Source: Candidatus Hermodarchaeum yapensis
GTDB lineage: Archaea > Asgardarchaeota > Hermodarchaeia > Hermodarchaeales > Hermodarchaeaceae
Assembly: GCA_016840405.1 (NCBI GenBank)
Contig: JAEOSK010000031.1
Span: 1-29,023 of the forward strand
Direction of reading: 5' to 3'
Length of the DNA: 29,023 nucleotides
The position numbers were made by a program, and so were the translations under genes. This document shows, piece by piece, positions 1 to 8,612 of this stretch (position 1 is its first letter; each line of letters starts with the position of its first letter). The notes beneath the pieces are model-generated. The model ran no database searches. It was given only the letters and a program-made list of their open reading frames with translations, and was not told where the DNA came from.

Positions 1-310
1 GCCAAACTGCCCACCTGCTGGTGTCATGCGCCGTTTGGTGCATTAAGAGCTGCAAACACTGAAGGCTGGTGTTCCATTGGCGACTCCACCACCCCCGCAA
101 GGGTGGCTTCGACGTCTCCCAGCTACGCTCTGCATCAATGCCCGTAACTCAACAACAGGCTGCAGTAAAACTCCACAGGGTCTTCTCTTCCCTTTGGGTG
201 TCCCTGGACTGTTCGCCAGGAGGTAGGTTCACCGGGTAGTAGGCGGGGACAGTGGGGACCTCATTGATCCATTCATGCGCGTCGGTACTTATCCGACAAG
301 GCATTTGGCT

Positions 311-632
311 CAGTTCTGTTACTTTCTTGAAAGAAGATTAGCAGTATCTTCGTTTCAATACTGACCTCGTTGCGAGGCGGGTGCACATTTCTGCACACCT
401 CCAATAGTCGCCTATTGGCTCGGACTATATCTTACCTCATGCACTATACATGAAGTTCTGGCGTATAGTCTCTGAGGATATCTCTCCAAGTGTGTTGGAG
501 AAGATCTTTCCTGCTGATTGTCTCCACTTGTGTATTTTCAGGGGTCATTTCTCTGTCACCAGAGAAGTATCCTAACACAAGATACGCGAGAGTTTCCAGC
601 ATATAGCCAGATTTTACTAAGGCAATCTGTTC
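311..632 (-). ncRNA. Group I intron (IB-like core) in 23S rRNA at E. coli-equivalent L1931, no homing endonuclease ORF
   Basis: Interrupts TAAGGT^AGCCAAA; exon ends in U, intron ends in G; P1 AAGGU/GCCUU with U-G pair; P ATGCTGGAAAC, Q AATCAGCAGG, R TCAGAGACTATA, S AAGATATAGTCC; P3 CTGGC/GCCAG; P7 GACTAT/ATAGTC. Confidence 0.95.
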
Positions 633-860
633 ACCTTAAGAGAGTCATAGTTACTCCCGTCGTTTAACGGTGCTTAAACCCGTTGAACCGAGTCTTAACA
701 TACCGTCACTGGACAGGATTCACCGACTGTACACAGGTTTTCACCCTTGCAGTCGGCTATGTTTGTATTGAACAGATGGGCCCCCCTAGTCACTGCGACC
801 TCCAGTCCCCTGCAAGCAGAAGACCTGAGGCACCTCATCTTCCAAGGGTACGAGGCTAAT

Positions 861-899
861 TTCGACTAGTGACAGAAGGTATAGGTATTCTGAAACTAT
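861..899 (-). other. 39-nt BHB-type (EndA-spliced) intron in 23S rRNA, about E. coli 1677
   Basis: CGGC-AAA-TAGT...ACTA-GTCG-AAA; cutting after the 2nd nt of each bulge restores conserved GAACTCGGCAAATTAGCC. Confidence 0.88.
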
Positions 900-1963
900 T
901 TGCCGAGTTCCCTCGCCTACTGTAACCCGAAACGCCTGAGCCTACTCAGCTAGGGGCACCTGTGTCGGTTCTGGGTACGATCACGGGGGCTCCTTCCCGA
1001 TTACTTTTTCAGTGGATCCAGGACTTTGCGATACCCACCTTATACGGTAGGCCATTCCTGAGTTTGCCTGCTTCTCACCGTTACGGTACTCCACAGGTGT
1101 ATACAGTTAGATAGGGCGAAAACCCTACATCACATATCCCAAACCGTCAGTAATCGGGCTTGCGTTGCCGCATGTACCTCCGTGGCACAGGAATAAGAAC
1201 CTGTTTCCCTTTCGATCGACGCATCTTAAGCTAGACCTTAGGATCGGCTGACTCTCGGCTGACGACGCATTGCCGAGAAACCCTTGCCCCTTCGGCGACC
1301 AGGATTCTCACCTGGCTTTGCTGTTACTACTACCGGGATCTGCAATACTAATCGGTCCACTGGACCTCACGGCCCAGCTTCCGTCCAATCAGTACGCCTC
1401 CCTACCAGTAACACCTTACGATGTTCTCCGGGGTATCGGTAGCTGGCTTGAGCCCCGTCCATTTTCAGGGCCCACAACCTCGGCAAGTGAGCTGTTACGC
1501 TTTCCTTGGAAGATGGCTGCTTCTAAGCCTACCTCCTTGCTGTTTTTGGCTGCGGACGCCTTTCAGTTTAACACTTAGCCAGCATTTAGGGACCTTAACC
1601 TCGGTTAGGGTTGTTCCCCTTTCGGCCGTGTGGCTTAACCACACGCGCCCGTCTCTGATCGTCTACGACGTCGGCAGGTTCGGAGTTTGAGAACTAAGCG
1701 AGGGCTTCCGCCCCCATACTTACTAGTCAGTGCTCTACCCCACCGACAATCTCGGATCAGGCTAGGCTGCGACCTACTTCGGGAGGAACCAGCTATCACC
1801 CCGCTAGATTGGTCTTTTGCCCCTAACCCCAGGTCATGCAAGCGAATTGCATATCAGAACTGCTACAGGCCTCCACCACGGTTTCCCGTGGCTTCACCTT
1901 GCCCAGGGCTAGATCGCGGGGTTTCTGGTGTTATACGGGTGACTACAGGCCGATTAAGACCTC

Positions 1964-2082
1964 GTCCCTGCCAAAGTCCCTTACTCGGTACTTGTGGCCC
2001 GACTGACCCGAAGGTCTGAACTACCCGCCGAAGCAGGTAGCCTCGAACGCACTTTCGCGAGCAGGTGCTCTCCGTTGTGGAC
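1964..2082 (-). other. Enlarged LSU expansion segment (ES9 / helix 31 region), ~120 nt
   Basis: Extra GC-rich multi-hairpin sequence between conserved flanks; two cUUCGg tetraloop hairpins (2005-2016, 2021-2040); no BHB ends seen. Confidence 0.75.
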
Positions 2083-2156
2083 TGTTGGTTTCCCTTCGCC
2101 TCCGACGTTCGATCGCGTCTTAGGCTTGCCACACGCATAAACTCCCCGGCCCGTGT

Positions 2157-2189
2157 TTCTCGTCAACGAGGAAGAATTCCTCGATTGAT
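2157..2189 (-). other. 33-nt BHB-type intron in 23S rRNA, about E. coli 572
   Basis: CTCG-AAA-TCAA...TTGA-CGAG-AAA; removal restores conserved CCGTCTCGAAACACGG. Confidence 0.9.
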
Positions 2190-3019
2190 TTCGAGACGGA
2201 TGACATGACGCTGGTCCCCTCCACTCCTACTACCCGATTGCTCGGGGTTCGTTTGCGGAGGATCCATCCTTTGACGCCATGTCCAACTGTAACCACTTGG
2301 TTTCAGGCGCTTTGCACCTCCCTTCCGGGGTGCTTTTCAACTTTCCCTCACGGTACTAGTGCACTATCGGTCTTGGGACGTATTTAGGGTTGGGAATCGA
2401 TGCTTCCCAGCTTCCTACGGGATTTCCAACCCGCAGTACTCAGGGACTCCAGCCCAATGCCTTCTGCGTTGTGCCTACGGGGCTATCACCCTCTGTGGCA
2501 AAACTTTCCAGGATCTTTTGGCTTCCGCAGTGAGACAGCGGCTGGGCCCTACAACACCACATCTCCACGTGGTTATCCCACGCGGATTCAGTTTGCCCTT
2601 TTCCCTTTTCGCTCGCCGTTACTCAGGGAATCTCATTTGATTTCTTTTCCTACCCCTAGTAAGATGTTTCAGTTCGGGGTGTTCCCGCTCCTACGAAAGG
2701 AGCGACGCACATTATTAGCGTACGCCAGGAAGTCCTATTCAGCGATCTGTGGATAAAGCTACTTGCGCCACCCCACAGCTTATCGCAGCTTGTCACGGCC
2801 TTCTTCGGCGCCCAAGCCAAGTCATCCACCAAGTGGCGTAGTTATGTTGACACTACTTGGAACCCACACTGATTCTGACTGGCGTTATCCAGGGTATGCG
2901 ACCTTTGCATGGCCATCATCGTGAAGACCTAACGAGAAGAAAGTCCTCCTAGGCCCGACACCCATATGCACGACATACGGGCTGAAATTGTTGGTAAAAA
3001 GGAGGGACGCACATTGAGC

Positions 3020-3102
3020 TACTTAAGGCTTTCGCAGTCTTTGGTAGCTCTTCACGGCTCCAATCTTCGGTTTGGGACAACCGCCTTAAATTAAGCTTTC
3101 GG
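3020..3102 (-). promoter_or_regulatory. Two tandem BRE-TATA promoters for the 23S gene
   Basis: Minus strand CGAAAGCCTTAAGTA (3034-3020) and CCGAAAGCTTAATTTAAG (3102-3085). Confidence 0.65.
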
Positions 3103-3233
3103 TTTTCTGTTGGTTGAATGGAAAAATGGCAACTACTTGTTTGCGGTTAGCTCCTTCTCAGTGGATGGAAAATGCTTTTCTGACCAGCTTCACACCGTAA
3201 AAGTGCTTATCAGGAGTAGTACCTGCTCTAATA

Positions 3234-4220
3234 GTGAATGGAGATCTCTTCTTGCCACAGAGTGCTACGGACCAGATTGGTTTAGTATTAAACATTCAGC
3301 GTTTCTCCACTGAAGACGGGCCAGGAATTCGAACCACTGTATTTCTGATGGGCTGTGCCCTTCGCTGTCAATGGTGCCAAAACCCTGAAACCTGGTCTTT
3401 AACCCCACAAGTCGTATGGTACAAAGATCGGTGTATTGGTGCTCAGCATTGTATAACCGCCTGTCCTCAGAACGCACTAACACTGACACAAGAAGGACTT
3501 CGTATAAATCGTGAACGTTGTAACAGTTGTGGTAAGTGTGCACCGGTTTGTCCTTCTAAGGCAATTGAACTCTTAGGAACAGAGCGATCAGTTGATGATG
3601 TTGTAAATGAAGTGCTTCGTGATCGCCCCTTTTACGAAGAGTCGGGTGGAGGAGTCACTCTCAGCGGCGGTGACCCATTATTCCAACTCCAGTTTGCTTA
3701 CGCTCTTCTACAACGATTTAACAAAGAAGGATTACATACTGTCTTAGATACCGCCGGATTCGCCAGTAGACAGGATTTTGAAAAAATGGTTCAGCAAACG
3801 GATTTGGTTTTATTTGATTTAAAGCTCATGGACCCGAATCAGCATCAAGAATACACAGGTGTGAAACTGGAACCTATCCTTGAAAACGCCAAGTGGTTAG
3901 GTGGACAAGATCAACCCGTGTGGATTCGTACACCCATAATTCCTGGTTTTACTAACCAATCGCAGAACATTGCCGCTATTGCCGCATTTATTCGTTTATA
4001 CATGCCTAACGTCGAACGATGGGACCTACTAGGATTTAACAAACTTTGTAAAGCTAAATGGGAACGCTTGGACAAACCCTTCCCTTGTGCTGATACCGCA
4101 TTAGTTAGCGAGAAGCAAATGACTCAATTAATAGAAATCGCAAGTGATTCGCAAATCGAACACATCACTTGGTCTGGCGTCACCCAAGAATCGACAAAAC
4201 GAACCTCCAAGTCCGAATAG
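3234..4220 (+). CDS. Glycyl-radical enzyme activating protein (radical SAM with ferredoxin insert)
   Basis: DGPGIRTTVF, CxxxCxxC (CALRCQWC), NPE, ferredoxin-like Cys clusters, GGVTLSGGDP. Confidence 0.92.
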   Translation: MNGDLFLPQSATDQIGLVLNIQRFSTEDGPGIRTTVFLMGCALRCQWCQNPETWSLTPQVVWYKDRCIGAQHCITACPQNALTLTQEGLRINRERCNSCGKCAPVCPSKAIELLGTERSVDDVVNEVLRDRPFYEESGGGVTLSGGDPLFQLQFAYALLQRFNKEGLHTVLDTAGFASRQDFEKMVQQTDLVLFDLKLMDPNQHQEYTGVKLEPILENAKWLGGQDQPVWIRTPIIPGFTNQSQNIAAIAAFIRLYMPNVERWDLLGFNKLCKAKWERLDKPFPCADTALVSEKQMTQLIEIASDSQIEHITWSGVTQESTKRTSKSE

Positions 4221-4236
4221 GGAGTGAAGTTTCAAA

Positions 4237-5328
4237 ATGGAACCCCAACAACGGAAACGTGCACGGGAGCTGGGATTGAATATCGGTGATTTCCCTCCTG
4301 GACCATCCAATGCAATATCAGATGTACCGGGAGTGTTAGTTGGACACACAACCCTCATTCATGGAAAAGGACAACTCATCCCCGGAAAAGGACCTGTACG
4401 CACAGGGGCTACAGCAATCTTACCCCATAATGAAAATCTCTTCACCGAACCGGTGGTTGGTTCAGTTCACATAATCAATGGTTTTGGGAAAGCTGCAGGA
4501 CTTGCTCAACTTCAGGAACTAGGACGGATTGAAACACCAATTCTCCTGACAAGTACCCTGAATGTGGGATTAGTTGAGGACGCTGTAACTCAATATGTGA
4601 TCGAACAAAACCCAGAAGCAGGAGTTTCTAAACCTACACCTAACCCGATAGTAGCAGAGTGTCATGACGGATACCTCAATGATGCCCAAGGTCGGCATGT
4701 TCACAAAGAACATATCTTTCAGGCAATTCGCAGTGCAACAACCAAAGTTGAAGAAGGGTGTGTTGGTGCAGGCACAGGTATGATGGCGTTTGGATACAAG
4801 AGCGGAATTGGTACCGCCTCCAGAGAGCTTCCAGACAAACATGGCGGGTTTACCATCGGTGGTTTAGTTGTTCCCAATTGTGGTCGTAAAGGAGATTTAA
4901 TCATTAAAGGAATTCCAATTACTCAGATACTAGACGAGTCACAACAACCCATCACAACTCCCCCGCCAACACCTGAGGGCGGATCAATAATTGTGATCCT
5001 CGCCACTAATGCCCCACTTACCTCTCGACAACTCACACGGATTGCACGCCGCGCAGTCATTGGTATAGGTCGAACAGGTAGCGTAGTCTCCCATGGAAGT
5101 GGAGATTTTGTAATAGCGTTTAGCACTGCATACCGTGACCAGGCCAATAAACAAGACTTAGTTGTACGACGACCACAACTATTGGATAGAAAGCTCACAC
5201 CACTTTTTGGTGCAGCCATAGAGGTAACCGAGGAAGCAATTCTAAATGCAATATGTATGGCCACTCGTATGGTCGGAAGAGACAATCATATTGCAGAAGG
5301 ACTTCCCCTTGATAGTATTAAAAAATAA
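4237..5328 (+). CDS. dmpA: DmpA / peptidase S58 (P1) family aminopeptidase
   Basis: NAISDVPGVLVGHTT, VRTGATAI, ECHDGYLND, EEGCVGAGTGM, autoprocessing GSIIVILATNAP, GSGDFVIAFST. Confidence 0.92.
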   Translation: MEPQQRKRARELGLNIGDFPPGPSNAISDVPGVLVGHTTLIHGKGQLIPGKGPVRTGATAILPHNENLFTEPVVGSVHIINGFGKAAGLAQLQELGRIETPILLTSTLNVGLVEDAVTQYVIEQNPEAGVSKPTPNPIVAECHDGYLNDAQGRHVHKEHIFQAIRSATTKVEEGCVGAGTGMMAFGYKSGIGTASRELPDKHGGFTIGGLVVPNCGRKGDLIIKGIPITQILDESQQPITTPPPTPEGGSIIVILATNAPLTSRQLTRIARRAVIGIGRTGSVVSHGSGDFVIAFSTAYRDQANKQDLVVRRPQLLDRKLTPLFGAAIEVTEEAILNAICMATRMVGRDNHIAEGLPLDSIKK

Positions 5329-5467
5329 AAAGATATAGTCTGAAGTCGATTCACAATTTTTGTTAGCGAGTGATTGTGCTCTACGCTTCATATATAAATT
5401 ATCTTGGTAATCTATATATAGAGCAGATTTTACGCACTCGTGAACGAAGTTCATAGGTGAGGTAACT

Positions 5468-6484
5468 ATGTCAACAGAAACGCGGAAAGTACAGTTAACC
5501 GGCGGTGCTACATACATCGTTTCCCTTCCAAAGCAGTGGGCTGAGAAGGCAGGGTTGAAGCCGGGTAGCGAGCTGCAGCTAGTCCCCCAAGATCGGTATT
5601 CGTTGCACCTTTACACTGCATCCTCCCCAGAAGCAGCATCGCTGTCGAAGAGCACAGTAGATATTTTACCTGATTTACCAACCGAGGATATCGTACGGAA
5701 TTTCATCACCCAATATTTGGCAGGATTTGATATCATTCAATTAGATTTACAGCACATGAATGCTGATCAACGGGTGACAGTGAAAGATACGATCCGTCGA
5801 TTGATGATAGGAGCAGAGATTATCTCAGAGACCACCAATAAGCTCGTGGTGCAATGTTTTTTAGGGCAGGCGAACTTGCCGTTGTTAAATGCACTGGAAC
5901 GAATGGAGGCATTAGTACGCTCTATGCAGCATGATGCCGTGAAGGCACTATTAGAGGGAGATACGCCTTTAGCAGAAGAAGTAGTGCAACGCGATCCAGA
6001 AGTTGATAGGTTTTACTTCTATATTGTCCGACAATTAACTGCAGCTGTAGGACGGACTGATCGGATTCGACAAATTGGCTTATCAAGCCCACAAGCCTGT
6101 TTGGGTTATCGGCTTGTTGTGAAAAGCATTGAACGAGCAGGAGATCATGCAGCACGGCTTGCTTCTATTGCTGCGTCAACAAAGCTTCCTGATGGTTCAC
6201 CATTGGGAAACACGTTCATGAAGATGCATCAAATATCGGACAAGGTTTTCCAAGACTCTTTGATTACCCTTCGAAATTTGGATGTTCCATTAGCTCATGA
6301 AACCATTCGTCGCGTTGAAAGTGTTGTGCAACAAGAAGACAAAGGAATCAGAGCTCTGCTTGGTGGAAAGTTTCCAGTAGAAGCGGTATTGAATCTTCGG
6401 TTAGGTTTGGAGAGTCTTAGGCGAATAGCAGAATATGGTTCTGACATCGCAGAAACGTCAATTAACTTATCTGTCGAAAGATAA
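5468..6484 (+). CDS. AbrB-domain / PhoU-family phosphate uptake regulator
   Basis: N-terminal RKVQLTGGATYIVSLPKQW, PhoU repeats with EVDR, IERAGDHA, LRRIAEYGSDIAE; SD GGTGAGG. Confidence 0.9.
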   Translation: MSTETRKVQLTGGATYIVSLPKQWAEKAGLKPGSELQLVPQDRYSLHLYTASSPEAASLSKSTVDILPDLPTEDIVRNFITQYLAGFDIIQLDLQHMNADQRVTVKDTIRRLMIGAEIISETTNKLVVQCFLGQANLPLLNALERMEALVRSMQHDAVKALLEGDTPLAEEVVQRDPEVDRFYFYIVRQLTAAVGRTDRIRQIGLSSPQACLGYRLVVKSIERAGDHAARLASIAASTKLPDGSPLGNTFMKMHQISDKVFQDSLITLRNLDVPLAHETIRRVESVVQQEDKGIRALLGGKFPVEAVLNLRLGLESLRRIAEYGSDIAETSINLSVER

Positions 6485-6498
6485 CCTCTGATATGACA

Positions 6499-7032
6499 TT
6501 AAATGTCAAATTGAATGCCACAATACGCACAAAATCGGGCATCCTCGTCGTTTTCCGTTTGACATCTTGGGCAGAGTATAGAGGGAGCTGTTTCATCTGT
6601 GTCATCGAATATCTCTTGCATTGGTGATGTTTCTGTAAGATGGATTTCATTGATGGCTTTAGCAGAGGTATAAATTGGGCTCCAAAGGATTCGTTTATTG
6701 TCTTTTGTTCCATGAGTTGGGCAGTCTAATAAGACAACGGTGAAATGACCTTTGATGCCCGCTTTTTTTGGTTGAGCTGGGTTCCCACAGGTATTACACC
6801 GGAAGAGACGATTTCCGGCTGCCCCAATCCATTCTGTAAGGCGACTGTAGGGTAAAAAAAGCCGGCGAACCCTTCGATGAACAGGGCAGCGGACATAGGC
6901 GGCCAACGGTTGAAGCTCTTTGTTTTTTGAGACTTGGACCTCGTCGACCTTGAGAAGAATATATGGGCGCCCACAGGGACAAGTTAAAGCCCCTTCCCAA
7001 GCGACATCGCCTTCAGATTCCGGGATAGTTAT
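6499..7032 (-). CDS. Multi-zinc-binding protein (two Cxx(C)...CPxH modules plus C-terminal zinc ribbon); probable ATA start
   Basis: Frame open 42 codons upstream of the called TTG (6906), adding CPCG that pairs with CPVH; second module CNTC...CPTH; CPRC..CAYC ribbon; GGAGG 8 nt before ATA. Confidence 0.75.
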   Translation of the reverse strand: MTIPESEGDVAWEGALTCPCGRPYILLKVDEVQVSKNKELQPLAAYVRCPVHRRVRRLFLPYSRLTEWIGAAGNRLFRCNTCGNPAQPKKAGIKGHFTVVLLDCPTHGTKDNKRILWSPIYTSAKAINEIHLTETSPMQEIFDDTDETAPSILCPRCQTENDEDARFCAYCGIQFDI

Positions 7033-7066
7033 TGTGGGTTCCTCCTTGCTAGTTCATGAGTTGAGA

Positions 7067-7080
7067 TACTTAAGGTTTGG
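7067..7080 (-). promoter_or_regulatory. BRE-TATA promoter of the zinc protein gene
   Basis: Minus strand CCAAACCTTAAGTA, same CCTTAAGTA box as the 23S promoter. Confidence 0.6.
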
Positions 7081-7087
7081 TGACTCA

Positions 7088-7891
7088 TCAGGGGGGTTTT
7101 CGAAATATGAGAATATATTCATGGATTTTGTTTACGCGAAATGTGGTTGGATAGCCGAGGGGGCGGAGGTTATGATACTCTTTCCTTCGATCCCAGATGA
7201 TGATGTCTTCGAGTTGGAATCCTTCAGTGGTCCATTGGTCAACGCAATCAATGTGGAAAGGATAGAATTTATTTTTCTTTCGAAGATCCATGACAATGAG
7301 ACCACACCAGTGACCTGGTTTGAGTGCAACCAGGAGCTGTTTTGCCACAGTGCCCAGTGCTTTTAGAAATTCGGAATAAACTGAGATGTTCCCCATATCA
7401 TTCGGAGAAGTAGTATAGGGTCGTGGTGTTTTTCCGTCTGCTGTTCGCCGTTGTTGATGAACATCCCAATAGGGAGGTGATGTCACTACGAGATCTATAC
7501 TATTATCGGAGATAACCTTAGAGAGTTCACGTGCGTCTTCACAGAAAATTTGGGATTTTTCACGGTTTGGTGCTACTGCGGATAATCGTTTTTGAGCTAT
7601 ATCGATATATTGTGGAGAAATTTCCAGACCAATACCTTGTCGTCCCAATTCCTTAGCGGCAACTAATGTGCTTCCTGTGCCCATGAATGGATCAAGAACG
7701 ACATCTCCAGGTTTAGTATAAATCTCTAATAATCGTGTTACAAGTTGTTTAGGAAATAGCGCTGGATGTCGTAGACGTGACTCCTCAGAACCTTTCTTGA
7801 CATCCCATATGCTAATCGAATAGCGCGTCCAAGTTTTCCCATCCAAGGCATTGAGCCGGTTTATCTGGGATTTGCCTTTTTTCTTAGGCGT
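7088..7891 (-). CDS. Orphan amino (N4C-type) DNA methyltransferase; probable ACG start
   Basis: HPALFP, DPFMGTGS (motif I) before TSPPY (motif IV), HEYILIFRK; frame extends 15 codons above the called TTG to ACG, 7 nt after GGGGTG. Confidence 0.85.
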   Translation of the reverse strand, partial: TPKKKGKSQINRLNALDGKTWTRYSISIWDVKKGSEESRLRHPALFPKQLVTRLLEIYTKPGDVVLDPFMGTGSTLVAAKELGRQGIGLEISPQYIDIAQKRLSAVAPNREKSQIFCEDARELSKVISDNSIDLVVTSPPYWDVHQQRRTADGKTPRPYTTSPNDMGNISVYSEFLKALGTVAKQLLVALKPGHWCGLIVMDLRKKNKFYPFHIDCVDQWTTEGFQLEDIIIWDRRKEYHNLRPLGYPTTFRVNKIHEYILIFRKPP

Positions 7892-7964
7892 TGCTGTACA
7901 CCCCAGTTTATGGCATAGCAGCTAGTTTGTTATTAAATTGTGTATTGCCAATTAACATTGAGAC

Positions 7965-8528
7965 TTAAACAGAGAAGCTGGTTTCCTTCTTAGAAGAAGT
8001 AAGTACTTTGCTGAGTACTAATCGGGCTAGACTAGTGAATGCCTTTTCTACGTTTTTTCCAGATAACGCAGATGTTTCAAAGAAATAGGCTTTAAGGCGA
8101 CGGGCGACGCGATCGCCTGAGTTAGTACTTACGACGCGTTTGTCCTCAAGGTCGGCTTTTGTTCCCCAAATTGCCGGTACGTAGTCTTCTAATACTTCAC
8201 CTACTTCGTGTACCCATCGTTTCTCAATATTTCGATAGGATTCAGGTCGTGTGATATCATAGACAAAGATGACTCCTTGTGCTCCTTGATAGTATCGTTT
8301 GCGAAGGGCGCTAAAACGTTCTTGGCCGGATGTGTCCCAAAGAGCTAGACTTACATTGAATCCATCAACGAAAATATCTTTGTTTGTGACATCCATAGCA
8401 ATTGTTGTAAGATAATCATTCGTGAAGGTATTTGTGGCGTATCGGCGAACAAGAGATGTTTTTCCAACGGCCCAGTCGCCACACACAATGATTTTGAAGA
8501 TAAACTTTTGGTCATTATTAGAAGCCAA
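7965..8528 (-). CDS. Rab-like small GTPase (Ras superfamily)
   Basis: G1 GDWAVGKT, G3 WDTSGQERF, G4 TKAD, G5 ETSAL; RabF-like YYQGA and FVYDIT. Confidence 0.93.
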   Translation of the reverse strand: MASNNDQKFIFKIIVCGDWAVGKTSLVRRYATNTFTNDYLTTIAMDVTNKDIFVDGFNVSLALWDTSGQERFSALRKRYYQGAQGVIFVYDITRPESYRNIEKRWVHEVGEVLEDYVPAIWGTKADLEDKRVVSTNSGDRVARRLKAYFFETSALSGKNVEKAFTSLARLVLSKVLTSSKKETSFSV

Positions 8529-8612
8529 TCTGAAACCCCGTCTAATCGCTAGTTTCCTAATATTGGCTTTAAAGCTGTCGTCAAAAACGGAATGGTCTTC
8601 ATATGTTTGAAT

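Larger units (their letters stand above)
1..2845 (-). rRNA. rrl: 23S (LSU) rRNA, archaeal; 5' ~2/3 of gene (3' end lies outside window), interrupted by three introns
   Basis: Minus strand reads conserved LSU motifs GGTGGATGACTTGGCTTG (5' end), CCGTCTCGAA/ACACGG, GGAACTCGGCAA/ATT, GTAACTATGACTCTCTTAAGGT/AGCCAAATGCCTTGTCGG and GGCAGTTTGGC at window edge. 5' boundary approximate. Confidence 0.98.

Noticed and set aside
311-632. Homing endonuclease in the group I intron
   Set aside because: Only 322 nt, nearly all accounted for by ribozyme helices; no long ORF.
2202-2283. Helix 25 / ES7 region as a further insertion
   Set aside because: Length looks similar to the extended helix 25 of many archaea; no BHB ends.
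1270-2756. ORF-track ORFs within the first 2.8 kb
   Set aside because: All overlap the 23S rRNA gene; spurious.
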